Positions 49,476 through 61,127 of a stretch of 64,000 nucleotides of DNA are shown here, one piece after another. The stretch spans positions 67,831,548 through 67,895,547 of the forward strand of contig NC_092384.1 in assembly GCF_030028105.1 (NCBI RefSeq), read 5' to 3'. Under the pieces are notes generated by a model that saw only the letters and a program-made list of their open reading frames with translations, had not been told where the DNA came from and searched no databases. The DNA is from Mobula birostris. Taxonomy: Eukaryota. The position numbers and the translations under genes are program-made. Each line of letters opens with the position of its first letter. Position 1 is the first letter of the stretch.

Positions 49476-49592
49476 CAACACAAAATGCTGGAGGAACTCA
49501 GCAGGTCAAGCAGCATCTATGGAAATGAATAATCAGTCGACCTTTCAGGCTGAGACCCGTCCTGAAGAAGAGTCTCGGCCCGAAAGGTCGAC
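49476..49592. mobile_element. PLE terminal repeat with a local fold-back of the hammerhead segment
   Basis: GTCGACCTTTCAGGCTGAGAC (49536-49556) and GTCTCGGCCCGAAAGGTCGAC (49572-49592) are near-perfect inverted repeats. Confidence 0.75.
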
Positions 49593-49604
49593 GAGGAATG
49601 CTTG

Positions 49605-49722
49605 AGAAAACTAGAAGAAGCCCATGTGGTCATGGGGAGAATGTACAAACTCCTTACAGACAGTGGCGGGAATAGAACCTGAGTCACTGGTGTTGTAATA
49701 GCATTAATTTTTATGCTAACCA
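49605..49722 (-). mobile_element. V-SINE 5' half
   Basis: GGGGAGAATGTACAAACTCCTTACAGACAG signature. Confidence 0.7.
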
Positions 49723-50653
49723 ATGTGCTACCTTTGACACCCTAAAAGCCAATACTTTCTAAAAATCCAAATACAAATAACGTTATGAGTTGTCAAGGTA
49801 TAGCACACATGTCCATCTTATTGTTTTAATCTGTGGTCAAGTATGGTTTGCCCCCAGACTGCATGTTATAAAAACATACCAATGCAAAATATTCTTAATT
49901 ACTGCTTGATAGCATGTCAGTGATGGTATTAGAGGGAGTTCTTCACCATGCTTACACATTTTGTTATTGAATTGCAATCAGTAAGAATCAATTATAGGAT
50001 AATTACTGGCTGAGAATAGTTACCTCACCTCGCAAGAAGCCTGCCAGTCAATATGTAGTTTCTTGTGAGAGTGTGTTTTTATCATATATTTCCTTCCTCT
50101 TTCTGATTAAATTGTAAAATTCAGAACTTTATGGAAATAATCAACCATATGAGGCCTGAATGAAGTGGTAAGCCGTGTGTATCTCAAGTTTAGTGCAGTT
50201 TAACAGAGAACATCATTCAGAATATTAACTTGATGAACACGGTGAATCTGAGATACCTTGACAATGTGGGTGCATTGAAGTGCACAGATTCAAAGTTCAA
50301 CATGTGTTCCTTTTCCTTGTTTCAAATAGTTTAAGATGAGCAAAGTTAAAGACTTTAAACTATTCAATTAATCTCTCCAACATTTAATCATGTAACTATT
50401 ACTTGCCACTCTCAGCCTCCGACACTCCAGAGAAAACAGTAGAGCTTGTTCAACTTTTCCTGATAGCTAGCGCTCTCTAGTCCCGGTGAACCTCCTGGGC
50501 ACCTTTTCCAAATGGTCTGCACCTTTCTTAAGATGGCCAAATGCAGGCATGTGAGCATAGAGGGGCAACTTGGTCATCATGGGTGATTTGGAACAAGGGT
50601 CTGTTGGTACGCTGTCTAAATCAACATATCTAATTGGTGCTGGTGGTGGTACT

Positions 50654-50965
50654 TAAGGCATCCGTTAGTCTTGCGAGACCATGGATCTGCGCATGGAAAG
50701 TCTTCGCTCTCCAGGGCGCAGGCCTGGGCAAGGTTGTATGGAAGACCAGCAGTTGCCCATGCTGCAAGTCTCCCCTCTCCACGACACCAATGTTGTCCAA
50801 GGGAAGGGCATTAGGACCCATACAGCTTGGCACCAGTGTCGTCGCAGAGCAATGTGTGATCAAGTGCCTTGCTCAAGGACACAACACGTTGCCTCGGCTG
50901 GGGCTCGAACTCACGACCTTCAGGTCGCTAGTCCAATGCCTTAACCACTTGGCCACGTGCCCACA
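50654..50965 (-). mobile_element. Full-length tRNA-derived SINE with CORE-like central block
   Basis: Minus strand: A box TGGCCAAGTGG, B box GTTCGAGCC, CORE-like GTGTCCTTGAGCAAGGCACTT; 11-bp TSD GTGGTGGTACT (50643-50653 and 50966-50976). Confidence 0.88.
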
Positions 50966-50989
50966 GTGGTGGTACTGCTACCTGTCAAC

Positions 50990-51470
50990 GTTCAAAGTAC
51001 ATTTATGATCAAGGTATGTATAAATTATACAACCTTGAGATTCATTTGCTTACAAGCAACCACAAAGCAAGAAATCCGAAAGAATGCAGTAAAAAAAGAC
51101 TAACAAACACCCATTGTGCAGAGAGAAAAAGAAAACATATATCATGCAAACGATGAAAGCAAGCTCCAGCATTCAGAACAAAAGTGAGTCCATAGACATG
51201 AAGCCCGGAGCAGCCAAAGCAGGCTTGCAGCCTCAGTTCATCACACAGTAGAGCAAATCATCGTGGAGCTCGCAGACACGAAGCCCAGAGCAGCTGGAGT
51301 GGTTACAGCCTCAGGCGCAGCGCTGCCGAGAGCGGAGTAAGCGTCACAGAGCAGTGAGCAGAAGTGGCCCAACCTTGCCTCCGACCCAAATACCCTGCTT
51401 TTTCTATCCATCCACCCTGGTGTTTAAATTGTCCAAACATCGGGTATTCCTTGCATTAGGGCATAGGCCC
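50990..51470 (-). mobile_element. Non-coding retroelement with Rex-like tail
   Basis: Similar to 2118-2515; internal direct repeat AGACA.GAAGCCC.GAGCAGC. Confidence 0.6.
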
Positions 51471-52084
51471 TGGCACTTCAAAATACTCTGGACAACGGGT
51501 TTGCTGCCATGTTGTTTCAATTAATGACTTGAGTGGTGCTGGTAGTGGTACTGCTCCTGACTGAAGATAATTGGTAAATTGGTTTATTATTGCCAAGGTA
51601 CAGTGAAAACCTTTGCCATCCGTATTTTTCGTTTCACTACAACAGTACATTAAGGTGGCACAAGGGAAATAACTTACAGAGTGCAGGATTAAATGTTACA
51701 GTTACAGAGAAAGTGCAGTGCAGACAGACAATATGGTACCAGGTAATGACAAGGTAGATTGTGAGGTCAAGAATCCATCTTATCATACTCGACTGTCTTG
51801 TTGTACCAGTGGACCAATCAGTGGTTTTATAACAGCAGGATAGAAGCTTACCTTGAGCCTTGTAATTATTTTCAGGCTTATGTATCTACTGCCCAATGGG
51901 AGGGGATGGAGCGAAGAGTGAAGTTTGTGAGTCATGACTGATTAGTCTTGGAGAGATGTAGATGAAAGGAGGGGAATGATTACAGAGAAGAGAGGAAAAA
52001 TCCTGGAATTGGAAAAGCTCTGCAGCTGCTGGAAATCCACAAGAATTTGTTTAGAGAGAGAAGGACAAAGTTTTACTGGTTGAT

Positions 52085-52268
52085 GACACAAGAGGTTCTG
52101 CAGATGCTGAAAAACCAAAGCAACACACACAAACTGCTGGAGGAACTCAACAGATCAGGCAGGATGTATGGAAAGGGGGAAAAAGGAGTCAATGTGTCGG
52201 GCCAAGACCCTTCATCAGCTCAGCCCAACATGCTGCCGCTTTCTCTCTCCGTGGTTGCAGCCTGACCT
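52085..52268. mobile_element. Fold-back PLE terminal-repeat derivative, flanked by older PLE-like sequence
   Basis: Family signature TTCTGCAGATGCTG...CTGGAGGAACTCAAC...TCGGGCCAAGACCCTTCATCAG, followed by an inverted partial arm. Confidence 0.7.
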
Positions 52269-52719
52269 TTTACTGGGCAGGTCTGGTGCAGATTGGAAAA
52301 GAAAATATCTAAAATTGTTGAATCTAATATTGAACACCAAGATCTGTAACATGTTCAATCAGAAGACAAGATGCTGTTCCTCGATCTCACATCAGGGTGT
52401 TTTTCTTTAATCGGAAACCATTGGAGTCTGGACTGGATTGGAATGGCAAATTAAAGTGAGAGGCAACTCTACCTCAATGCTGAGTTTTCAGCTTCTGTGT
52501 TCAGTACTGTCAATCACTACTTGTTAAGTTTTTCAAAGGGCTTCTTAAAACATTTTTTTCTGGATCTTGCATTGGTTGGTTGTTTTGACCTGTGAGCCTT
52601 GATTGTATAGCTAGCGACCACTGTGTCAGAGATGTTCATAGTTTCAGAATATTTGCTAATTCTTTAATGGTTAGAAACTACTACATGGTGTATATATGAT
52701 TATATGTTTGTATGATGCA

Positions 52720-52995
52720 CGATAATAGTGCAAGGGTTAACATGGTGCTATTGCAGCTCAGGCGTCGGAGTTTGGAGTTCAGTTCAAATGTCTGTCAGGA
52801 GTTTTTATGTTCCTCCTCGTGAATGAGTGAGTTTCCTCTAGATGTTCCGTTTTCTTCCCTCATCCCAAAGGTGTACTGGTTAATAGGTTGATTGGACATT
52901 GTAAAATGTCCTGATAGTAGGAAAGGGTTGCAGTGTGGAGCAGTTTGTTTGGGTGGAAGAGCCTGTTCCACACTGTACCTCTAAATAAATAAATA
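52720..52995 (+). mobile_element. Diverged V-SINE
   Basis: GGAGTTTTTATGTTCCTCCTCGTG...CATCCCAAAG...GGACATTGTAAAATGTCC; (TAAA)n tail. Confidence 0.7.
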
Positions 52996-54382
52996 TTTAT
53001 GTATTTATGAGTATATTACATGTACATGTGACTGATATACATGTACATTTATGTCACACAACAATATCAAGGGTTGTAGGAAAATTTGTATATAAATAAG
53101 TCACAGATCATAATTTTGTTATATGGTAGAGTAGACTTATTATACATATAGGAAGGTATCTCAAAGTGCTTCACAAGAGTGTTATGAAATAAAAATCTGC
53201 ATCAAGCCAACATTATAAGAGATAGCATTTAAAGAGTATGCTGAGGCAGGAAAGAAAGGTAAAAAGGTAGGGAGGGAATTCCAGAGCTGAGGTATCTTGA
53301 CAGCTAAAAAAGTGTTGAATGACATGATCGTACGTATGGCATGAACAAAAGGCCAAGAAAGAAAAGAGTACTTATCATAATGAATAATGGCCTGGGGAGA
53401 TTATAGTGAAAAGGGGAGGAGATACAATGAGGGGATCTATAACAAAGGAAAACTATTACTTAATTTGCATCCACCATCTTTGAAGAAAAGGTATCCAGAT
53501 CTCAAAAACTCGTTGTGTACTTAATGTTTCTTTGTATTTCAATTGATTCCCTTCGTCATCAGCTCATAGCAGTATCTTCTTGTGACCAACCTCCCACCAC
53601 TGGAAACACTTTTTCCTTATTTAGTCAATCGAAATCCTTCATGAATGTGAACACATCTGTCAAATCTTTTCTTAACCTTGTCTCCACATAACTGAAGCCC
53701 TTCATCCCTGGTGCTGACCTAATTAACCTCCACCGTGCTCTTACAAGGTCTTACCATACTTCCTGGAGAGTGAAGACTTGTCAGTATGATAGAGCACAAG
53801 TTCCTGGTTTTGGTCTGTCTGTAAGTCAGTGTGCGAATAGCTTGCTTTGGGCACTATTATGATTAAAACTTGTTTCTGTGAATTAGTTGCAGAACAAGTT
53901 CAGGAGCAGAAAGCTATTTGACTAAGATGTTAAGCAGGCATAAGCACAATCTATTTTATTGATGCCTGCATTCCAACAATATGCAAGAGTTGACAAAATA
54001 AAGAAGAAATATTTGTACTTTTAATATCTTTTGCATAGGTTTTCTTTTCACTACATAAAGATGCCCTTTGTTTCAAAGCAATAATTTATAAGCTATGATT
54101 TGTATTTCGAGTGCACGTTCCTTCCATTGCCTCACATTTATTCTGCAAGTGCTGCAGTAACTTATTACAATGTTTTCTCTTTCACATTTTGTTGTCACGC
54201 AGCATGTTCCAGGACTGTGCATAACAATGTAATGAATGCTTAACTACAACGTGAAGGAAAGAAATTATGAGCATTCACACTCATTTCAGTCACTTAAAGG
54301 GCATCCCTTTAGTTGCCACATTCCAGAAGCGTAAGTGGATACAATGCAATTAATAACATCATCATGTCTTTTAATAGCTCGT

Positions 54383-54650
54383 AAACACAAGAGATTCTGC
54401 AGCTGCGGGAAATCCAGGGTAACACACACAGAATGCTGGAGGAATTTAGCAGGTCAGGCAGTATCTATGGAAAGGAATAAAGAGTCAACATTTCAGGCTA
54501 ATGAAGGGTCAAGCAGTATCTATGGAAAGAAATAAAGAGTCAAGGTTTCAGGACCATTGGATGAAGGGTCTTGGCCCAAAATTTCTACTCTTCATTCCTT
54601 TCCATAGTTCCGCCTGACCAGCTGAGCTCCTCCAGCATTTAGTGTGTGTA
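54383..54650. mobile_element. Fold-back PLE terminal-repeat derivative with an internal ~40-bp direct duplication
   Basis: GCAGTATCTATGGAAAG(G/A)AATAAAGAGTCAA..TTTCAGG occurs twice (~54458 and ~54513), then an inverted arm GATGAAGGGTCTTGGCCCAAAA...CTCCAGCATTT. Confidence 0.75.
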
Positions 54651-55664
54651 TGCTTTTTATAGACCTTCAGTTCTGAGGCAAGTGCAATAGCTCACCTTGT
54701 ATCTTCTAGAAAACAAAGCAATATTCTTGCTTTTTACGGAAAAATGCAAAACCAGAAGTTTAAAAAATAAGGTAAATGGTATGAATCATGTAAGCTGAAA
54801 CATTTTATTGCATTAGAAGCATTAGGCTATTGAGTCTTTATAATGGTCCACTTTGGAGTGCAGGAATGAGTCCAGACAAAGAGACATTTAATCTTCCAAA
54901 ATTTGATGCTATTATTTTCAACACAAGCTTGTGAAAGAGGGATTAACCCTGCATTATTGTCTGTATTAAGACCATATCATGTAAGAGTAAGATGCTTTTT
55001 CTGGAAGAGATGCTGAGATAATTTTCCATCCTTCCTACTGTGCAGTTGTGCATTCTTTTCATCCAGGAATGTAGGGAATTATATTTGTAGATGAAGCCAT
55101 TCTAAGCTAGTTCAGAATAAGTAATGTGTGATCAGACTCTGAACGAGGCTTCCTGAGATCTGGTTCTGACAGTGCAAGCTGAAGTAGATGAGAGATTGCT
55201 TTTGAGTGTTAATAACAGCAAAAATATAAATCTGCCATTTTCACGTCAAAACAATGTATTTCATATTGTATAATAGCTGACACTGATGTGCTTATCTATG
55301 CTAGAAGCTGAATGTTGTTTATACAGAAGACTTGCACCATTTATATGGTTACTAAACCCCTAAGTGAGATGATGGACAGACAAATACCAGCAACTCTGTC
55401 CTCAAAATAGGTTGTTATGCTCTCAAACGTTGACGCTTCTACTAAGCCAGGACATTATCGCAATTACAGTGTGCAAATGTCCAGAGACAGATACCTAGAA
55501 GTGCCCATTCTCTGTGGCAATTAATATTTATAGCTCTTTAACCTATTTACTTATCATTTCCTATATATTTAAATACTCCAAAAATATCTCTTCCTCTCTC
55601 AACTAAACCCCTCCTGAAATTTTGTCCTTTTGCTTTTCTTACTGCCAATGCTCCCAAGAAGTTA

Positions 55665-56055
55665 GACCATAAGTCCATAAGGTATAGGAGCAGAGTTAGG
55701 CCATCTGATCCATTGAGTCTGCACCACCATTTCATCATGGCTGATCAATTTCCCTCTCAACCCCAATCTCCTGTCTTCTCCCAGTATCCTTTCATGCCCT
55801 CAAGACTTTATCACCCTCTGCATTAAATATACCCAATGACTTGGCCTCCACAGTAGTCTGTGGCAACAAGTTCCACAGATTCATCACTCTCTGGCTAAAG
55901 AAATTCCTCCTAATCTCTGTTCCAAATGGATGTCACTCTTTTCTGAGGATATGTCCTCTGGTCTTAGACTCCCCCAACAAAGGACACATCCTCTCCACAT
56001 CCACTCTATTTTGGCCTTTTAATATTCAATAGGTTTCAATGAGATCCCCCCTCAG
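55665..56055 (-). mobile_element. CR1 3' fragment
   Basis: Reverse complement resembles the 22762-23290 family; (ACCATAAG) tail repeats. Confidence 0.8.
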
Positions 56056-56288
56056 GAAATTTTAATAATGTTCTTTAAATCCAAGTGTTTGTAATGGTCA
56101 CTGCTTGGAATGTAACTGACAACATTCCTTTATTATTAGTTATATTCTGATTTCCTGGATCCTCCCCAGATTTTGTTTAAAATCTGATGTATTCAATCAT
56201 TCAAATAATATCGAGAAAAATCTCAAGCAACACACATAAAAATTGCTGGTGAACGCAGCAGGCCAGGCAGCATCTCTAGGAAGAGGTA

Positions 56289-56326
56289 CAGTCGACATTT
56301 CGGGCCAAGACCCCTCGTCAGGACTA
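56289..56326 (-). ncRNA. Minimal type-I hammerhead ribozyme motif, intact core
   Basis: Minus strand reads UAGUC-CUGACGA-G-GGGUCUUGGCCC-GAAA-UGUC-GACUG; helix III AUGU is self-complementary with G-U pairs. Confidence 0.72.
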
Positions 56327-56957
56327 ACTGAAAGAAGAGGTAGTAAGAGATTTGAAAGTGGGAGGGGGAGGGGGAGATCTGAAATGATAGGAGAAAACAG
56401 GAGGGGGAGGGATGGAGCTAAGAGCTGGAAAGTTGATTGGCAAAAGGGATAGGAAAGGATCATGGGACAGGAGGCCACACATTTTAATTCTACATCCCAT
56501 TCCCATTCTGATATGTCTATCCACAGCCTCCTCTACTGTCAAGATGAAGCCACACTTCAGGTTGGAGGAACACCTTGTATCCCTTCTGGGTCGCCTCCAA
56601 CCTGATGGCATGAACAGTGACTTCTCTAACTTCTGTTAATGCCCCACCTCCCCTTCGTACCCCATCTGTTATTTATTTATTATTATTATTAGTAATTTAT
56701 TTTTTTCTCTCTCTCCTTTTTCTCCCTCTGCCCCTCTCAGTATACTCCTTGCCCATCCTCTGGGCTTCCCTCCTCCCTCTTTCTTTCTCTCTAGGCCTCC
56801 CGTCCCATGATCCTCTCCCTTCTCCAGCCTTGTACCCCTTTTGCCAATCAACTTTCCAGCTCTTAGCTCCATCCCTCCCCCTCCTGTCTTATCCTGTCAT
56901 TTCTGATCTCCCCCTCCCCCTCCCACTTTCAAATCTCTTACTATCTCTTCTTTCAGT

Positions 56958-56995
56958 TAGTCCTGACGAAGGGTCATGGCCCGAAACGTCGACTG
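56958..56995 (+). ncRNA. Minimal type-I hammerhead ribozyme motif, intact core
   Basis: UAGUC-CUGACGA-A-GGGU(CAUG)GCCC-GAAA-CGUC-GACUG. Stem I is UAGUC/GACUG, the CUGANGA and GAAA boxes are conserved, helix III is the palindrome ACGU, and the GUC triplet predicts cleavage after 56990. Confidence 0.8.
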
Positions 56996-57607
56996 TACCT
57001 CTTCCTATAGATGCTGCCTGGCCTGCTGCGTTCACCAGCATTTTTTGTGTGTGCTGCTTGAAATTCCAGCCTCTGCAGATTTCCTCATGTTATCGAGATA
57101 AATCTATTGCCTTCTGTGCTCTAGTGTTTCAAATGCCCTTCTACTGTAAATACGACTTAAATGTTCCGAGACCATCTGTCTTCTCCACCCTCTTGAGCAG
57201 TGCATTCCAGATTTCAACCATCCCCTGGTTGCAAAAAGGTCATATCCACATCCCCTCTTTATGTTCTACCTTTTAGCTTAAATCTATGCCACCTGCTTAT
57301 AGACCTCTGCCCACTGGTAAGGCTCTTGTCTGTCTGGTCTATCTATGTCCTTGGTCATTTTTAATATCTCAATGAAGTCATCAAATTTTATGCCATGGAT
57401 AAAGACCCTTCGTCCCAACTCGTTCATACCATCCAAGATATATGTCGAAGCTTTTTATTGTTTTTGGTCCATTTCCCTCTGAACCTCTCCTATAATGTAC
57501 TTATCCAAATGTACATATTTTAAATACTTTTATAGCTGCATCAACTACTTTCCCTGGCAGCGCATTCCCAACACCCACCACCTTCTGCATGAAGAAGCTG
57601 CCTGTTA

Positions 57608-58335
57608 AAGACACCCACCATCCAGGCCATGCCTTCTTTCACTACTACCACTGGGCAAGAAGAACCAAAGCCTTGGGTCCCACACCAGCAGGTTCAGGAA
57701 TAGTTATTACCCTACAACCATCAGGATCCTGAACCAGCGTGATAACTTCCATTACCACTACTCTAAAGTGATTCTATGACCTACAGACTCAATTTCAAGG
57801 ACTTTTGACAACTCAAGTTCTCAATATAATTTTTTGTTTACACATTTTGCCTTCTGTTGCACAATAGTTATTTGTCATCTTTGCCTGTTTATGTATAGTT
57901 TTTTTTTCATAAATTTTATGATATTTCTTATTTTCACTGTAAGTGTCTGTAAGAAAATGAATCTCAGGTAGTATAAGGTAAAATATACGTACTTCTGATA
58001 ATAATCTGAGGGTGAGGCTATGGGACTGCTCCGCCTGCTGCGGGCTCTGCGACGTTTACTGCGCTGTGTACGAGCTGAGGCTGAGGCCATGGACTACTCC
58101 AAACTTCGTGTCTGAGGACTCACTTTCATTCAAAATGCTATTTGCATTGTTTTATTGTTTGCACAATTTGTTTTTTTTTCTTATCTGCACATTGGGTGTT
58201 AGTTGTTTTTTTAAAATGGTTTCTTTTGGGTTTCTTGTTTTGTGGCTGCCTTTAAAGAGGTGAATCTCAAAGTTGTTTAATATATACATACTTTGAGAAT
58301 AAATATACTTTGAGCTTTGATTTATTTTGAACTTT
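57608..58335 (+). mobile_element. Two tandem Rex1/Babar-type 3' ends
   Basis: KDTHHPGHAF...HTSRFRNSYYPTTIRILN, then two GAATCTCA(A/G)...TACTT(C/T)GA...AATAA tails. Confidence 0.72.
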
Positions 58336-59863
58336 TAATTTTCAGCTTTGAATTGAATCTTTTAAATCTTTCACCTTAAACACACGTCTTTTAATTATTT
58401 ATTTATTATTTAAAGATACAGCACCCCCTTTGAGCGCAAATGCTTGTCCCCTAATGTTAGACATTTTGTTTCTGTAAGATTCCCTCCCTCCCCATCCTAT
58501 CTCATTCAACTTCCCAAACCTTCTCTGAGGAAATAGCTTCTCAGTTAAGTTACTGAGATATGTAATTGATTAATAACATTCCCTGGCATTATGAAGTTCG
58601 AAATTATTCATTGTGTTTGGAGCCAGAATAAGAAATCGTACAAAAATTTAACCATGTAATTAATTTCGCTTCCAGAAACTCTTTAATTTTTGTGAATTTA
58701 TTTGAAAAAAATCATAGTTCATCATGGCATTTTATTGCCTTGCACTTTTAAGTGCAGGATATATTAATCTCATCCTTTACCAATCTTTTTTCATTTTGCA
58801 TCAGGCTGGGTGCCCTTCATTTCAGTTTGGTTGACAGGGAGACATGGTGCATCTTTCTTAATAGGTGGAGCCGTAAAACTGGTCATGTGGATCTTTGGTA
58901 TTGTGAGAACAAGGTACTCCTGAGGAGAAAGGTCACATTTCTGACTCATTACTTATCAGTGTAATCCAACCGTTCTCAGTGCAAGTTACAAAAAAAGTAT
59001 GCAATTTTTTTTGTATTGTAGTATCACAGTAACCTAATTAAACTGACCTGTTAGGTTTGAAGTGACTGAAGGTCACTAGCTTCCTGTGTCATAACTTAAG
59101 CAGACAGATGGTGACAAAAGATGACTAAATTAGTGCAAGAACTGGTCTTAATGTTCTAAGAAACTAATGTTATATTAATCTGATCAACCAAAGATTTCCA
59201 TCATATTAACTGATGAGTCTTTTTTTTTTTGCTATCTTTAATGTCAAATTGCCACAATGTCACTCGCATTTTCAGTCCCACGCTGTTCTGGTGGGTCCTT
59301 ATCAACATCTCTGTCATAACATTATATTCACATTTCTCCCACATCTGTAATGCATGTTGGGAAGGTTATTTTGGAACAATTTGATTGCATGAGGTATTGT
59401 GTTTCTTGGTTTTAAAAACATTCCAGTAAAAAATTTGGGCATTACAATCCAACACTAATTTCAAATCACAATGTCCAGGAATTCAGTTCCTTGCTTTTTT
59501 TTTAATCGTGGTGTTGCCATGAGGTTATTGTATTGCTTCTGAATATAATTATCTTTTATCATTAAACAGAATCTGGTTTGTAATGAAGGAAGTTTCCATT
59601 TGTGATCTGTGGTTTTGTTTATTTTCTGCTGAGCTTGAATCTATTAATAGGTGGTTATGTGACAACATCCCATAAATAATGACAGGAGTGTTGAAATCAT
59701 TTTCCTGAAGGTTGTAGTTTCTGGGCAGGAACTTTTCTACTTAAACACTTCCTGCTGAATGCAGGAAATTGGAACTAGCTAAGTGGGCAACATGGTCAAC
59801 CTGGACTAGATGGGCCAAAGTGCCCGTATCCCTGCTGTAATGCTCTATGACACCATACAGTAT

Positions 59864-60222
59864 TCTTCATTATCATTATGTGGCATGACGTATGACGTGG
59901 GCGATCATGGTCTTTTTGACCATGGTTGTCCTTGGTAAATTTTTCTACAGAAGTTGTCTGCCATTGACTTCTAGGCAGTGTCTTTACAAGACAGGTGACC
60001 CCAGCCATGATCAGTACTCTTCAGAGATTATCTGCCTGCTGTCAGTGGTCGCATAACCAGGACTTGTGATCTGCTCATACAGCCAATCACCACCTGCTCC
60101 CATAGCTTTGAGTGATCTGACTGGGGGGCTAAGCAGGTGCTACACCTTGTCCAAGGGTGACCTACAGGTTAGCGGAAGGAAGGAGTGCCTTACAGTTCCT
60201 TTGGTAGAGATGTATCTCCACT
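59864..60222 (-). mobile_element. Probable RTE-tailed SINE-like element
   Basis: Minus-strand 3' end GACCATGATCGCCCACGTCATACG... followed by an (ATG/ATA)n tail. Confidence 0.5.
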
Positions 60223-60734
60223 CCTCATTGGCTAAATATTTATTAGCTTTTCAGCAAGATGCAGAGGCCCATACATTTATGATCACATCTTACTGAGGCT
60301 AACCATTTACAAACTTTTTTTTTACTGATTACCATTTTAAAGATGCAAAATAATTTCTCTGTCCATTGTTAGCAACACAGCAAAGATAATAGTGTACCAT
60401 TCAGAGTTTGCTCTTTGTACTGCATTCTAAAAACAAATACATCTGGAGTGTCACTATTAGTTAAGAAAGGATATGATCCAGCTATTTTTATAATAATAGA
60501 TATCTGCAAACAACAAAACTCTCTTGTCAGTATTGGCTCAGTGGGTAGTACTCCCACCTCTGAATCAAAAAGTCGTTGTTTCAGTTCTCACCAGAGACTT
60601 CAGCAGGAGCTTTGGGCTGATGCTTCAGGGTGCACTATTGAAATTGTCTTTCACTGTATGAAATGTTACACTGAAACCCTTGCCTACTTGGCTAGCGACA
60701 GAATACTGTACCTACTTTGACAAACACTTCCCAG

Positions 60735-61127
60735 AGTTCGAAGTATGTGTATGTCACCATATACTATCTTGAGATTCGTTTTCTTGCAGGCATTCACAGT
60801 AAAGCAAAGAAACAGAATAAAATCAATGAAAAACTACACAAAAACAATGACTGACGAACAACCAATGTACAAAAGGAGACAAACTGCAAATTAAAAAATA
60901 AGTAATTAAATAATAGTGAGAACATGAGTTGTCAAATCCTTGAACGTGAATTCATAAGTTGTAGAAACAATTCAGAGTTGAGGTGAGTGAAATTATCCAT
61001 GCTGGGTTCAGGAGCCTGATGGTTGAAGAGTAATAACTGCTCCTGAACCTGGTGCTGCGGGATCTCGGGCTCCTGTACCTCCTTCCTGAGGCCAGCATGA
61101 AGAAGAGGGCATGGCCTGGATAGTGGG
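60735..61127 (-). mobile_element. Rex1/Babar-type LINE 3' fragment
   Basis: DSHYPGHALFFMLASGRRYRSPRSRSTRFRSSYYSSTIRLLN. Confidence 0.8.

Larger units (their letters stand above)
56218..57087 (+). mobile_element. Penelope-like element remnant: inverted terminal repeat + GIY-YIG C-terminal fragment + direct terminal repeat
   Basis: Arms ~56222-56475 and ~56793-57061 are reverse complements. The centre encodes ...RLEEHLVSLLGRLQPDGMNSDFSNF, the same ORF end seen at 29890-29970 and 43080-43170. Confidence 0.88.

Noticed and set aside
50890-50962. tRNA-like sequence with A and B boxes
   Set aside because: It is the head of a TSD-flanked SINE with a second copy at 12653-12937, not a tRNA gene.
56617-57276. 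219-aa ORF on the + strand
   Set aside because: Low-complexity Leu/Pro/Ser translation of the PLE 3'UTR and terminal repeat; not a host gene.
58752-58964. Possible exon (LGALHFSLVDRETWCIF... or GAVKLVMWIFGIVRT)
   Set aside because: Weak donor (GTACTC) and no recognisable family.
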